Shown: positions 50,207 to 60,467, numbered from the stretch's first letter. The stretch is 64,000 bases of DNA from Candidatus Uhrbacteria bacterium CG10_big_fil_rev_8_21_14_0_10_50_16 (GCA_002774875.1 PCYM01000001.1:118153-182152); one strand, 5' to 3'. Notes: generated from the sequence alone by a model not told the origin. Translations and numbers: made by a program.

Positions 50207-51814
50207 ATGTACTGTAAGGTCGCACCAATCCGTCGGTTTCCGCGCTCCGTGGAGCCCTATGACTATCAAATTCCGGAGGATCTCACGGTGGACGTGGGAT
50301 CTTTTGTTGAGGTTCCGTTGCGCAATACGCCCGTGATCGGTATTGTGACGGCTATCATGGACGTGTCCGAGTTTTCTCGTGTGGCTTTTTTAACAAAAAT
50401 TTTATCGATCCCTGCTCTCTCCACAGAAGACGTGCATTTTTATCAACGCCTTGCCGTTCGCACGTATCAATCACTATCAAGTATTTTGTTTGCCGCTATC
50501 CCTTTGCCACCCAAACGCTTTATTCACAAATCGCGGCCGGTGATTGAAAGGGGTTCGTTTGGTATTACGCCACAAGAGGCATTGACTCTCAAGACCTGTC
50601 TCACGACGGTAACTGAGTCTCATCATTCCTGTCTTTGCCTGCCAAACGATCGAGTAGGGCTAGGGCTTGTGCTCGCACTTTTAAAAACAACGACGGATCC
50701 ACTTTTTGTATTGGTGCCGGATGTTCACATGGCCGAAGCGGTGTTGCGTGTCGGTACAATCGTTACAGAAGACTGTAAATTGTTTCTCGCCAAACAATCT
50801 AAGACGGAGGCCTATGAGTCTTGGTGCGCTCTGCGTGAAGGAACCTGTCGACTGATTATTTCTACGCGGTCCGGCGCACTCGTTCCCCCGCACGCGTCGA
50901 CGCGTATTGTTATGTTAGGGTCGGGTGAAGATGATTTTGCACAGTGGGATCAAAATCCGCATTATGATGCGCGATGGTGTCTTGCGACGAGACGCGATAC
51001 ACATAGTAACGCCACCGTAGAGATAGACGTGTTCCCTCGCGTGGAGGACGGAGATGTTACGCTTGATGTTTGGAAGACGCCAGATGTACAGATTGTTGAT
51101 ATGCAGACAGGTGCGCGCTTGTCGGACCATTATTTGCTATCCATCGAGGCCTTGACGCTCATTCGCACAACGGACACGACAAATGCCCCTCTCGTTATTT
51201 TTTACAATCGACTACAACGTGCCGATAATGACGCTTATGTTGGTGTAGAGGCACTCGCACAGTTGGTTCGCAAAGAATTTCCAGATAAGTTTGTGCACGT
51301 AGTCAACGCACAGACGAATATCCCGGCAAATGGAATCGTGATCGTTACACGGACATTATTGTTTCAATGGGATTATTTGGAACCGCATATGGCGGGACTT
51401 ATTGTGTTGCGTCCTGAGCATAATCTTATTTATCGTGGGTTTCGATCCTTAGAACAGGCCACGCGGGAGTTACGTCGATTGGTCTCCTTTGCGGCGTCGG
51501 CGCATGCTCCTTGTCTGATTCAGGCTCGTGAGCCACACGTAGTGGAGGAAATGTTAGGTCCCACAACGGTGATTCGATCGGAAGAGCTGCATATGCGAAA
51601 AACTCTGCACTATCCTCCTTTTGGCGACTTCCATGTGGTGCGTGCAAAGGATCAAGGCTCGCGCGAACTAATTGAATCCTACCGTGTGCAGCACGCAGGT
51701 GCCGGTTCTGGGCAAGAGTTAGTGTTGCGAACTGAACCAAACGGGTACATCCCGGAATGGTTGACATGGCCGCCATCTTGCGATATGTTCGTTTCTCCTG
51801 ATAGCATGGAGTAA
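50207..51814 (+). CDS. priA: Primosomal protein N'-like, degenerate
   Basis: N-terminal YDYQIP..GSFVEVPL, STRSGAL, NPHYDAR, R..LHYPPF; upstream of def-fmt; helicase and zinc motifs missing. Confidence 0.75.
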   Translation: MYCKVAPIRRFPRSVEPYDYQIPEDLTVDVGSFVEVPLRNTPVIGIVTAIMDVSEFSRVAFLTKILSIPALSTEDVHFYQRLAVRTYQSLSSILFAAIPLPPKRFIHKSRPVIERGSFGITPQEALTLKTCLTTVTESHHSCLCLPNDRVGLGLVLALLKTTTDPLFVLVPDVHMAEAVLRVGTIVTEDCKLFLAKQSKTEAYESWCALREGTCRLIISTRSGALVPPHASTRIVMLGSGEDDFAQWDQNPHYDARWCLATRRDTHSNATVEIDVFPRVEDGDVTLDVWKTPDVQIVDMQTGARLSDHYLLSIEALTLIRTTDTTNAPLVIFYNRLQRADNDAYVGVEALAQLVRKEFPDKFVHVVNAQTNIPANGIVIVTRTLLFQWDYLEPHMAGLIVLRPEHNLIYRGFRSLEQATRELRRLVSFAASAHAPCLIQAREPHVVEEMLGPTTVIRSEELHMRKTLHYPPFGDFHVVRAKDQGSRELIESYRVQHAGAGSGQELVLRTEPNGYIPEWLTWPPSCDMFVSPDSME

Positions 51815-51834
51815 AAGAGATAATGATGTTTTGT

Positions 51835-52308
51835 ATGACCGTTCTCACTAACCCAAATCCAGAGTTACGCAAAAAATCTCTCCTCGTGGATGAGGCGCGT
51901 TTTGGTACCGAGGAACTTGTAGCCTTTGGCGAGGAATTGAAAGGGGCCATGAAGGAAGATAACGGCATTGGCATTGCCTCGCCGCAGGTAGGCGTTCATG
52001 ACCGAATTATTGTCGTGGATTTGGACGACACGGGTCCTACGGTGTTTGTGAATCCAAAGATTGTCTCCAGATCACTCTCAAAAATATCATTTGAGGAGGG
52101 ATGTTTGTCTGTGCCTGGGATTTATGGCATGGTGGAACGTCACAAAAAAGTAAAAGTTAAAGCGCGTACAATCGATGGCCTCCCCGTAACCTTGGAGCTT
52201 AAAAATATCATGGCGGTGGTGTTCCAACATGAAATTGATCATTTGGATGGCATTTTATTTATCGACAAAGTCACCTCCTTCACCCACGGTGGGGATGTGG
52301 TTGTTTAG
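51835..52308 (+). CDS. def: Peptide deformylase
   Basis: GIGIASPQVG, EGCLSVP, QHEIDHLDG; alternative start 51823. Confidence 0.96.
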   Translation: MTVLTNPNPELRKKSLLVDEARFGTEELVAFGEELKGAMKEDNGIGIASPQVGVHDRIIVVDLDDTGPTVFVNPKIVSRSLSKISFEEGCLSVPGIYGMVERHKKVKVKARTIDGLPVTLELKNIMAVVFQHEIDHLDGILFIDKVTSFTHGGDVVV

Positions 52309-52311
52309 GGT

Positions 52312-52500
52312 ATGTCATTCGGTCAACAACAAGAAACAACTGATAATGTTGCAGTTCGAGGAATTTTGAAAGAGCTCACGACCTCGAATGAGCGATCAAG
52401 TCAATTAAACAAAGCAATGTTCAAGCTTACGGTTGCGATCGCGGTCCTTACTTTGGTCATAGCGGCGATTGCGATATTGACCTATCTCAAAATCAAATAA
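52312..52500 (+). CDS. Small protein with C-terminal TM helix
   Basis: 62-aa ORF filling the def-fmt gap with 3-nt spacers. Confidence 0.6.
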   Translation: MSFGQQQETTDNVAVRGILKELTTSNERSSQLNKAMFKLTVAIAVLTLVIAAIAILTYLKIK

Positions 52501-52503
52501 CCT

Positions 52504-53418
52504 ATGGTTAAAATCGTTTACTTCGGAACGCCGGAGGTATCAACTTACGGATTACAAGCGTTGGTGGACGACGCGCGTTTTGAGGTTGTCGCCGTTGTTA
52601 CGCAGCCACCAAAACCTGTCGGTCGCAGCGCAACCATTCAAACATCACCCATCCATGCGCTTGCCGGTACACTTGGAATCCGTGTTCTCACCCCAACCAA
52701 GGCTAAGGAGATCGAGCCAGAGCTTACCGAGATTGCTGCCGACCTGCACGTAGTGGTGGCGTTTGGTCAGATTTTGCCGCAATCAATCGTCGACTTACCG
52801 CCGTATGGAACGCTCAATATCCACCCTTCCCTCCTCCCGCGTTGGCGAGGAGCAGCACCTGTGCCTGCGACCATTTTAGCGGGAGACACGCTTACAGGGG
52901 TGTGTATTATGGTCATGGACGCAAAGATGGATCACGGGCCCATTTTGGACGTGTCAGAGCTACCTGTGGACTCTAAAACAACCCAGGAATTGCTGCCAGA
53001 ACTCATGAATCAGGGTGCGCAACGATTACCAGATGTTGCAAACGACTGGATTCAAGGAATCCTCACCCCACAAGACCAAGATCACGAGGCAGCCACGTTT
53101 TGCAAAATGCTCTCACGAGACGATGCACGTATTGACTGGCAACGAGGTTTTGCGTATACGGAACGTCAGGTGCGAGCCTACACGCCCTGGCCCGGTACAT
53201 GGACGGAGGTAGAAACGCCAAAGGGTTGGCAGCGGATCAAAATCCTTAAGGCGCATGTAGATGCAACGCGCGACGAGGCGATTGTGCTCACAACCACAAA
53301 TGGCCTTACGTCTATCGGTCAACTCGTATTAGATGAACTTCAATTTGAAAGCAAAACACCCGCCCTCGGGACGGATGTTGCAAAGACACAAAAGGGTCTT
53401 ACACTTCAGGTTCGGTAA
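52504..53418 (+). CDS. fmt: Methionyl-tRNA formyltransferase
   Basis: YFGTPE, VVTQP, NIHPSLLPRWRGAAP, MDHGPIL. Confidence 0.96.
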   Translation: MVKIVYFGTPEVSTYGLQALVDDARFEVVAVVTQPPKPVGRSATIQTSPIHALAGTLGIRVLTPTKAKEIEPELTEIAADLHVVVAFGQILPQSIVDLPPYGTLNIHPSLLPRWRGAAPVPATILAGDTLTGVCIMVMDAKMDHGPILDVSELPVDSKTTQELLPELMNQGAQRLPDVANDWIQGILTPQDQDHEAATFCKMLSRDDARIDWQRGFAYTERQVRAYTPWPGTWTEVETPKGWQRIKILKAHVDATRDEAIVLTTTNGLTSIGQLVLDELQFESKTPALGTDVAKTQKGLTLQVR

Positions 53419-53782
53419 TAAAAATGGATTCCAATTTTTTTGCGTTCTGCTCGTCGTAGATTTGATCCGTGATCGCCTCAATCATCTCCCCTTGTAAAAA
53501 GCGAATGCGCATAGTGTGGGTGGTGATGACCTGCGCAGAGACTTGGTCTGTTCGGTCGCCAAACCCTGCGCTGTTGGATTCAAAATCCAAATACACATCC
53601 CAGCAAGACGAACACCCGCCCTGAATCGCCTCCTTAAGTTGCAAATCGTGTCCGTCAAAAAGATACGTAGGCGCTGTTGTTTCTACCCATACAGTTGCCT
53701 CGTTGACATATTTGTTGGGATTTGGCTGACATCCAGCACCTACAAGCAGCAACGCAAGTATTCCAATAAAGAATGGCTTCAT
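53399..53782 (-). CDS. Hypothetical lipoprotein
   Basis: Signal ending LLVGAGC; APTYLFDG, CSSCW, AGFGDR..AQVITTH. Confidence 0.75.
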   Translation of the reverse strand: MKPFFIGILALLLVGAGCQPNPNKYVNEATVWVETTAPTYLFDGHDLQLKEAIQGGCSSCWDVYLDFESNSAGFGDRTDQVSAQVITTHTMRIRFLQGEMIEAITDQIYDEQNAKKLESIFITEPEV

Positions 53783-53783
53783 A

Positions 53784-54041
53784 CTAACTTTTACGACGTG
53801 TAATGCGTGTCACAACGATAGTGACGGCAATCACAAAAATTGTCACCACGACTGCGTAGATCAATTTTGCCAAAATAGAATCAGAGGGTGATGGAAATAT
53901 TTGCTCAATGAGTGCTTTAATCGCCTCATTCCACGCAAGACCTGCCACGAGTCCAAACGACGCAAGGACGTATCCTGCAATTTTTGTTGAAGCTTCTGCC
54001 TGAATGGCGGCAAGCTCTTCTTTTTTTTCTTGTAGCTTCAT
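53784..54041 (-). CDS. DUF5654-like small membrane protein
   Basis: ASFGLVAGLAWNEAIKALI...AKLIYAVVVT. Confidence 0.8.
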   Translation of the reverse strand: MKLQEKKEELAAIQAEASTKIAGYVLASFGLVAGLAWNEAIKALIEQIFPSPSDSILAKLIYAVVVTIFVIAVTIVVTRITRRKS

Positions 54042-54044
54042 AAA

Positions 54045-54381
54045 TTATTTTTGTGCGTCTTTTAATACTTGAGAGAACCAGGCGACATCTGTTATCATGC
54101 CGGACAATCGCTCCCCATCTTTATCTGCTGTCAACTTCATTGCACGAGTTACATTTGGAAAATACGCGGTTTTGTTGCTGACAACGAGGTTGTAGGCGGT
54201 AAGTGTTGGCCGCAGAAGATCCGCAACGCGCGCTCCGCCAAATGGTCCATTGGATACGCCTACTACTGCTACAGGTTTACGACGATATTCCTCGTAGGCT
54301 TGATCCATCATGAGTTTAAGCTCCCCAGGGTATCCGTGATTATATTCTGGAGTGACGACAATAAATCCATCGGCGTGACAT
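54045..54381 (-). pseudogene. NAD(P)H-dependent FMN reductase pseudogene with N-terminal deletion
   Basis: ADGFIVVTPEYNHGYPGELK..KPVAVVGVSNGPFGGAR in frame; out-of-frame ATG at 54381 and the first ~60 residues missing. Confidence 0.75.
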
Positions 54382-54561
54382 AGACGGATCTTACGGTTAG
54401 CGTGCGTATTTGAGCGTATCGTTAGTATACAACATTACGGATTTGGGTAAGTGTCCGTACCAAATAGCTCGTCGACCTTTCTCCACGCCATGTCGACATT
54501 AATCGAGGCGTCTTCCCAGTCCACCTTTTCTATTATAGATTCAACAAGATCAAACAACATA

Positions 54562-56097
54562 CTAGTGATGACGTGTGGTGAGTTGCTTCATTGGTCGCAA
54601 GACAGGCATAGCCTTTATGTCCTTTGTCCGTTGTCGAGCGGCTGGATTTGTGCGTGGAACAAGAGCCACGATAATAGCGATCATCCCCCACCCGATTGGG
54701 TGATTCAAATAGGGAGAGAACATGTGCGCAATTAGTAATGCAATAAAAGAGAAGAACAATGCCATATAGAGCCAAGTGTGTGCACGGTCCTCGCGAGAGG
54801 CGTGCCACAGGTCTGCGGCGATGGCATAGAAGACATACAACAAGATTCCTGTGCCCAACAAGCCAAACTTCACAAGCAAATCAAGCCAGCCCCATTCAAA
54901 CACATAGGAGGAGACGATATTGGTTCCCTGCCCGTCAATGTAGCGTTGATCCGACGTCTCATAGACAACTTGCGTTCCAAGCCCGTGGCCCATGAGGGGC
55001 TCTTGCGCGATACTTGTGAGAAGCGGTCCTAAAAGCTTGCGACGACTGTCCAATGCAATGTCGTCTGTGCCGGTTGCGCGTGATCGCAGTAGCGATCCAA
55101 AGATGCTTGTACCAGTGGTCTGAAAAATAGGAACCGCAATAATTATCCACAACAGTGCTACGGCTCCAATCTTTGTAATGACGAGGTCTGGGACACGAGA
55201 CGCGAGGGTGCGCCATCCTTTTTGCCAAACGATATAAACAACAAATAGGAGAATTGCACATGCAAGTGCAAGCCAGAACGTGCGAGACAAACTCGCGACG
55301 ATCGCTGCAAACACAACTAGATGGACGTAACGCACGCCGTTCTCACGTGTTTTTTCTGCAAGGAGCATGTAGCTTGCCGACACAAAAAGCGCCGGAACAA
55401 GAAACCATTGTGATTGTAAGAAAATGCGGTACACATTTCCCATTTGTAGCGTAATCTCGCCAAGCCGCGTGTCACGAATCCATGTGTAGAGCGGATTTAG
55501 AGTTTTTGGGTGAAGGTGACCAAATACGAATAAGAAAAGGAGGGTTTTAAACGTAATAACGACAACGCCGGCGCCCGCGAGCTGCATGAGTCGCTTGCGA
55601 GAACGCGCGTCTTGTACCCACACAAACGCCGCCAAGAGATAGCCAATTGCCAGGTATCCGTTAGCATCAAGATACAGAATGCGCAGATCATATCCGGAGA
55701 GCAGGCCGCGAATGACACCATATAGCATTAAGCCAACAAGCAGGATTACAGGGAGACGATAGCGTTCTGGAATGGGGTTTCTCCTTGTGCGCGACAAGTG
55801 AATCAGCGTCGCGACCATGAGCACGCCAAATAATGCAATACGAAGACCAATACTAATACCCGCAAGCTCAACATTGAGGCTGTGACCGTTAGACGTAGAA
55901 ATAATCTCGGCCATGGCAATCGGAAACAGCCACTCGGGCTTCCAGACACTTACGCCAATGGCACACACAACAAAGAGACTAAATAGGATTGGTTCAGCGG
56001 CTGTATGAAGGACAAAAAAGGACAGAACATCCAAACACAGGAGTCCCGCAACGGTCCATAAGAACGCTTTTCCAGAAAATTGATCAAGAAAGGACAT
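54562..56097 (-). CDS. O-antigen ligase/Wzy-like multi-TM protein
   Basis: About 12 TMs, SLSRTFWL, PLMGHGLG, WGWLDLLVKFGLLG. Confidence 0.8.
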   Translation of the reverse strand: MSFLDQFSGKAFLWTVAGLLCLDVLSFFVLHTAAEPILFSLFVVCAIGVSVWKPEWLFPIAMAEIISTSNGHSLNVELAGISIGLRIALFGVLMVATLIHLSRTRRNPIPERYRLPVILLVGLMLYGVIRGLLSGYDLRILYLDANGYLAIGYLLAAFVWVQDARSRKRLMQLAGAGVVVITFKTLLFLFVFGHLHPKTLNPLYTWIRDTRLGEITLQMGNVYRIFLQSQWFLVPALFVSASYMLLAEKTRENGVRYVHLVVFAAIVASLSRTFWLALACAILLFVVYIVWQKGWRTLASRVPDLVITKIGAVALLWIIIAVPIFQTTGTSIFGSLLRSRATGTDDIALDSRRKLLGPLLTSIAQEPLMGHGLGTQVVYETSDQRYIDGQGTNIVSSYVFEWGWLDLLVKFGLLGTGILLYVFYAIAADLWHASREDRAHTWLYMALFFSFIALLIAHMFSPYLNHPIGWGMIAIIVALVPRTNPAARQRTKDIKAMPVLRPMKQLTTRHH

Positions 56098-56106
56098 AGA
56101 ATGCGA

Positions 56107-56805
56107 TCAAATGAGATGATGCTTTGCCTGAATAATACGTCTTGCCGCCTCGTAGGCCTGTACGCGCGAACGAATCCAAGGAAGCCACTTCCATGGGGCG
56201 TGGTACCAAGCTTTGGGCATCCAAGAAGAAATTCCCTTCTCCTGCGTAGAAAATCGCATAGATTCTCCCGGTACGTAGAGCCCGTGTCCCCCTTGTTCGG
56301 TGATTGTCAGCCAAAGATCCCAGTCTTGAAAACGTAATATTGCGTCGTCAAAACCAGGAAAATTCGATCGTTTGATCAATGCTGACACGTGCACAAAATT
56401 CATTTTTCGCAGACGATCCGCATCAAAAGGGCCTGTAATAAAATGCTTGAAACCATAGCGAAAATCTCCGTAAGAAAACGCTGCGTCTGAGGCTATTAGC
56501 GCATGCGAGAGTCGAACAAGCGTGTCGGGGTCCAGGTCTGCATCTGCGTCCAAAAAAATGAGTTGATCTCCTTTTGCCTCCAAAAATCCACGGTTGCGTG
56601 CAGGATTTCTCCCTTTGTTCTTTTGATGAATAACCGTTATGTTCGGTCGATCTTCATAGGCGGCAAGTAACTCACTCGTTTCATCTGTTGATCCGTCGTT
56701 TACAACAATGAGTTCAAACGCTATCCCCTCCTGTTTAAGGACGGACTCAATCGTCTCTCCAAGCGAACTTGCATGATTATAGGTTGGAATAATGACAGAA
56801 ATCAC
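56107..56805 (-). CDS. Glycosyltransferase family 2
   Basis: ISVIIPTYN, VNDGSTD, ARNRG, FLDAD, QDWDLW. Confidence 0.93.
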   Translation of the reverse strand: MISVIIPTYNHASSLGETIESVLKQEGIAFELIVVNDGSTDETSELLAAYEDRPNITVIHQKNKGRNPARNRGFLEAKGDQLIFLDADADLDPDTLVRLSHALIASDAAFSYGDFRYGFKHFITGPFDADRLRKMNFVHVSALIKRSNFPGFDDAILRFQDWDLWLTITEQGGHGLYVPGESMRFSTQEKGISSWMPKAWYHAPWKWLPWIRSRVQAYEAARRIIQAKHHLI

Positions 56806-57854
56806 AGGCCGAGGTTTTGCTTCAGGTCTTCAATCATAGCACGTGAGGTTCTTACGTGCTCGCGTGCGTTATCTCCTAGTGTTTTTCGTAATTCCTCATT
56901 ATGGAATAGCGTTGTCATGGCGTCGATAAGTTCTTGATCTGAATTGACCAAAATGCCCGTCTGACCGTTAATCACTGCTTCGTCGACGCCGGGGATATTG
57001 GAAGCAATTGAAGGGATACCAAATTGCGCTGCTTCGTGATAGACAATTCCAAATCCTTCACGATCAAGCGCTGTCGTGACGGTCGGTAAGACAAATAGTT
57101 GACTCGTTTTATACGCATACTGGATTTGCTCATCCGTTGGATCAACCGTCAGCGTCACAAGATCCTCCATTCCAAGATCAATGATCATACGCTCGAGTTC
57201 TTGTTTGAATGGACCGTCTCCGCCTAGAATAGAATAATGCAGTTGATCGTGGAGGTGTGGAATCAACGTAAGAGCATTGAGGACACGCTGTATCCCCTTC
57301 CGTTCTACAAGACGACCAACGGACACAATGCTGAATGTGTTTGAAGAGATTGATTTCGCTGCTTGGACGTAGGGCTGTGGGTGCACAACAAGGGGCTCTA
57401 CATGAACAAAACGTTCTACTCGCTGTGCAAGAGCGTGTGTATTTGTCACGACCGCGCGCGCCTCTCGAAGCACCTGTCGTGTGATCCATCGTTTCCACAT
57501 ATTACGTGTGGCCAGGTCAAAATCCATCCCATGAAGGACCACAACGTACTCGGTGTTTGTGCGACGCTTATTCATTAAGCAAGCGATGCCAAGCGGTAAG
57601 ACGTGATGGGTAAATATAAGGTCAACATCACGCTTGGCTAGTTCGTGCACGGCTCCCATCCAGCGTGGCCATTTTTGTTGCATGAATTGCCTGTACTCCA
57701 CGCTAAACGTTTTGTCACAAACAGACGTTTGAACGTCACCAATATCTGCAACAACGTGCATGCTCGATCCAAAAGCCTCGCAAAATGTATCAATATAGCG
57801 TGCAACGCCGCCTGGCATTGGAAGATAGTCGATTGTAATGGTAAGAAATTTCAT
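56802..57854 (-). CDS. Glycosyltransferase family 4
   Basis: GGVARY, SVGRLVERKG, EGFGIVYHEA. Confidence 0.93.
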   Translation of the reverse strand: MKFLTITIDYLPMPGGVARYIDTFCEAFGSSMHVVADIGDVQTSVCDKTFSVEYRQFMQQKWPRWMGAVHELAKRDVDLIFTHHVLPLGIACLMNKRRTNTEYVVVLHGMDFDLATRNMWKRWITRQVLREARAVVTNTHALAQRVERFVHVEPLVVHPQPYVQAAKSISSNTFSIVSVGRLVERKGIQRVLNALTLIPHLHDQLHYSILGGDGPFKQELERMIIDLGMEDLVTLTVDPTDEQIQYAYKTSQLFVLPTVTTALDREGFGIVYHEAAQFGIPSIASNIPGVDEAVINGQTGILVNSDQELIDAMTTLFHNEELRKTLGDNAREHVRTSRAMIEDLKQNLGL

Positions 57855-59278
57855 ACGATCATTCCACGTTTTACGTTCCGAAATGATTCAAGGCTGACGG
57901 ATCGGAAAAGAAATAGACAAGTCACGTAGACAGCGCCTCCGAGTGGAATCGTAAGAATGCCAAGAACGGGTTTTGTGCTCAAAACAACGGTAGCCATACA
58001 AAGACCAGACAAAAGTACGGGCCCAATACGTGCAAGGATCGATCGTGCTTCGAGACGAAGTGTTTTACGAACAGCAAAAAGCCCGACAATAAACATGAAG
58101 GCAAAACTTAAAAGCGCGGCGGTACTCGCACCTAGAATGCCTAATCGTGGGATCAAAACGATGTTGGCGACGACATTAATAATCATTGTCCAAAACATAA
58201 TCAACGTTTTTGTCCCTTGTCGATCATCGGCATTTAAAAGTGAACCAATGGGAAAATCGAGGAAAATAAAGAGAAGAACAAATACGAGAAGTTGCAACGG
58301 TAAAATCGATCCAAAGTAGGCTGACCCGTAGACAAGTGGCACAATCAGGTCCGCCGTTGTTGCAATACCAAAGACCACTGGCACCGCAAGAAGAGACATA
58401 TACCAAAGCGCCGAGTGAAACACACTGGTAAGTTGCTCTGTGTCTTTTTTATGGACAAGTGTACTGAGCGTTGGATAAAGCGCGGCCACGAATGCCATTG
58501 GAAGGAACTGGAACGCATACGTGAGTTTGTAGGCAATACTGTAGAGCCCTACACCTTCATCGCCCAAAAACCGTTCTAACAAAATCGAGTCTGCTGTAGA
58601 ATAGACCTTTACAAAAATAGCTGCGAGCGCAAACGGAAGCGCAACACGCAATAATCGTTTAGCTTTTTGACGACTAAACGAGAGTCTAAATGGATGAATC
58701 CCCATGCGAGACAGACGCGTGGCAGCAAAAAGGACGTTCCAAAGACTTCCGCCAATTAAGGCAACAATAAGAAAGAGGAGATTTGGTGAGATAATCAAGC
58801 TCACGACTCCAATAAGAAGCGTTACGAGTTGCCCAATAAATATACCAATTGATTCTGTTCCGAGCCGGTGGTGACCTCTAAATACGCCGTAAAAGGTAAG
58901 GTGAAAGGTATCTAGGACCATTACGAGGCTCGCGGTGTACATGAGTGTCCGTGTGAGCTCGTCGTATCCAAGTGCAAACGAGAGTGCCACAACAATTGCA
59001 ACTGCCAAGAGACTTAGCCCTAGTTTGAGGCCAATCACGTGCGCCAAGAGTCCTTCTTGCTCATCTGGACGTTTGGCAATATCGCGAATAAGGACAGAAG
59101 TAAGACCAAAATCGGCAATCACACCGACCATAGTCGTGAGGGACAGTGCCAAGAAGTACTTCCCTGTAAACTCCACCCCAACCATGCGAGCAATGACGGC
59201 AAAATAAAAAAAAGCGACAATCTTTTGACCAATCGATGCGGCAGTAAGATAAGCAGTATTTTTGGCAAGTTGACTCAT
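57851..59278 (-). CDS. Wzx-type oligosaccharide flippase
   Basis: LAKNTAYL, ADFGL, GLYSIAYKL, NIVLIPRLGILGA. Confidence 0.9.
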   Translation of the reverse strand: MSQLAKNTAYLTAASIGQKIVAFFYFAVIARMVGVEFTGKYFLALSLTTMVGVIADFGLTSVLIRDIAKRPDEQEGLLAHVIGLKLGLSLLAVAIVVALSFALGYDELTRTLMYTASLVMVLDTFHLTFYGVFRGHHRLGTESIGIFIGQLVTLLIGVVSLIISPNLLFLIVALIGGSLWNVLFAATRLSRMGIHPFRLSFSRQKAKRLLRVALPFALAAIFVKVYSTADSILLERFLGDEGVGLYSIAYKLTYAFQFLPMAFVAALYPTLSTLVHKKDTEQLTSVFHSALWYMSLLAVPVVFGIATTADLIVPLVYGSAYFGSILPLQLLVFVLLFIFLDFPIGSLLNADDRQGTKTLIMFWTMIINVVANIVLIPRLGILGASTAALLSFAFMFIVGLFAVRKTLRLEARSILARIGPVLLSGLCMATVVLSTKPVLGILTIPLGGAVYVTCLFLFRSVSLESFRNVKRGMIV

Positions 59279-59330
59279 GGTTGTTTCTGATTGGCTCTAT
59301 CGTACCGAACTCTGAGTAAATGAGCTAGCA

Positions 59331-59354
59331 AAAAACTGCCCGAAGGCAGTTTTT
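59331..59354 (-). terminator. Terminator of the ribosomal protein/rpoA operon
   Basis: AAAAACTGCC-CGAA-GGCAGTTTTT (UUCG loop on the minus strand). Confidence 0.88.
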
Positions 59355-59355
59355 G

Positions 59356-59757
59356 TTATCGCTTTGACCACTGTGGGGCTTTGCGGGCCTTCTTGAGTCC
59401 AAATTTCTTTCGTTCTTTAACACGCGCATCTCGTGAAAGCAAACCTTCTGGCTTTAATGTCGCACGAAGATCCGCATCCATTTTGATAAGCGCACGAGCG
59501 ATTCCAAGCGAGATAGCATCTGCCTGGGCTCGGGTTCCACCTCCAAGGACGCGGACACTGATATCTGCGATATCCTTCAATCCTGCCTTGTCGAGTGCGA
59601 GGTTTACACGTTCTTGCCAGGTAAATACAGGAAGATAATCCTTCATCTCTCGGCCATTGATCGTAAACGCTCCTTTTCCTTTTGGATAGACGCGTACCTG
59701 TGCAATCGCACACTTTCGACGTCCCAATCCGTAAATATACTTGTTTTCTTCCGCCAT
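59356..59757 (-). CDS. rpsI: 30S ribosomal protein S9
   Basis: GRRK, GGG..AQA, KARKAPQWSKR. Confidence 0.97.
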   Translation of the reverse strand: MAEENKYIYGLGRRKCAIAQVRVYPKGKGAFTINGREMKDYLPVFTWQERVNLALDKAGLKDIADISVRVLGGGTRAQADAISLGIARALIKMDADLRATLKPEGLLSRDARVKERKKFGLKKARKAPQWSKR

Positions 59758-59758
59758 A

Positions 59759-60115
59759 TTACTTGATGGTCAATCGTTTCATTCGTTCCGTGCGGAGTCG
59801 ATTCTTAGGCAGCATACGCAATACAGCGCGTCGCAAGACCTCTCCTGGATCTGCTGCGAACACGTCCATAAGTTTCTGCTGCTTGAGTCCACCTGGATGT
59901 CCAGAGTGACGATAATAGATCTTATCCGTCATCTTGTTTCCAGTGATCTTCATCATTTTTGCATGTTCCACATTTACGATCTCGCCTTTATCCCAGTTTG
60001 GGACATAGTCGGTACGATTCTTCCCTTGTAGAAGGATGGAAATTTCTGCAGCAAGACGACCTGGAGCTTTTCCCGAGGCGTCGATGGTATGAGTTGTTCG
60101 TTCTACCGTTTTCAT
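59759..60115 (-). CDS. rplM: 50S ribosomal protein L13
   Basis: IDASGK..GRLA, YYRHSGHPGGLK, MLPKNRL. Confidence 0.96.
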   Translation of the reverse strand: MKTVERTTHTIDASGKAPGRLAAEISILLQGKNRTDYVPNWDKGEIVNVEHAKMMKITGNKMTDKIYYRHSGHPGGLKQQKLMDVFAADPGEVLRRAVLRMLPKNRLRTERMKRLTIK

Positions 60116-60116
60116 A

Positions 60117-60467
60117 TTACACAAATGAGATCTCTACCATTTCGGCGCCATCTCCAAGACGACTTCCGATCTTTGTAATACGTGTGTAACCTCCTGGCCG
60201 TGTTGCGTATCGAGGTCCAATGATCTCGAGAACCTTATTCACAGCCCCTTCTGTCATAAAGAGCTTCATAAGCTCTCGTCGTGCGTGAAGGGTGCTTTCT
60301 TTCCCGCGAGTCACTGCTTTTTCTACAATTGGACGTACAACGCTTGCTTTTGCAGAAGTTGTACGCACTGTCTCGTGTAACACAATGCTTGTTGCGAGAT
60401 TACGAAGCATCGCTTCACGAGAAGCTTTCTTTCGTCCCAATGTTTTCGTCGTGTTGCGATGTCGCAT
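60117..60467 (-). CDS. rplQ: 50S ribosomal protein L17
   Basis: MRHR..LGR, RPGGYTRI, R.GDGA. Confidence 0.96.
   Translation of the reverse strand: MRHRNTTKTLGRKKASREAMLRNLATSIVLHETVRTTSAKASVVRPIVEKAVTRGKESTLHARRELMKLFMTEGAVNKVLEIIGPRYATRPGGYTRITKIGSRLGDGAEMVEISFV

Noticed and set aside
54435-54524. 29-aa minus-strand micro-ORF (VDWEDASINVDMAWRKVDELFGTDTYPNP) behind a TATAAT
   Set aside because: Too short to support without homologs; likely a gene remnant next to the FMN reductase pseudogene
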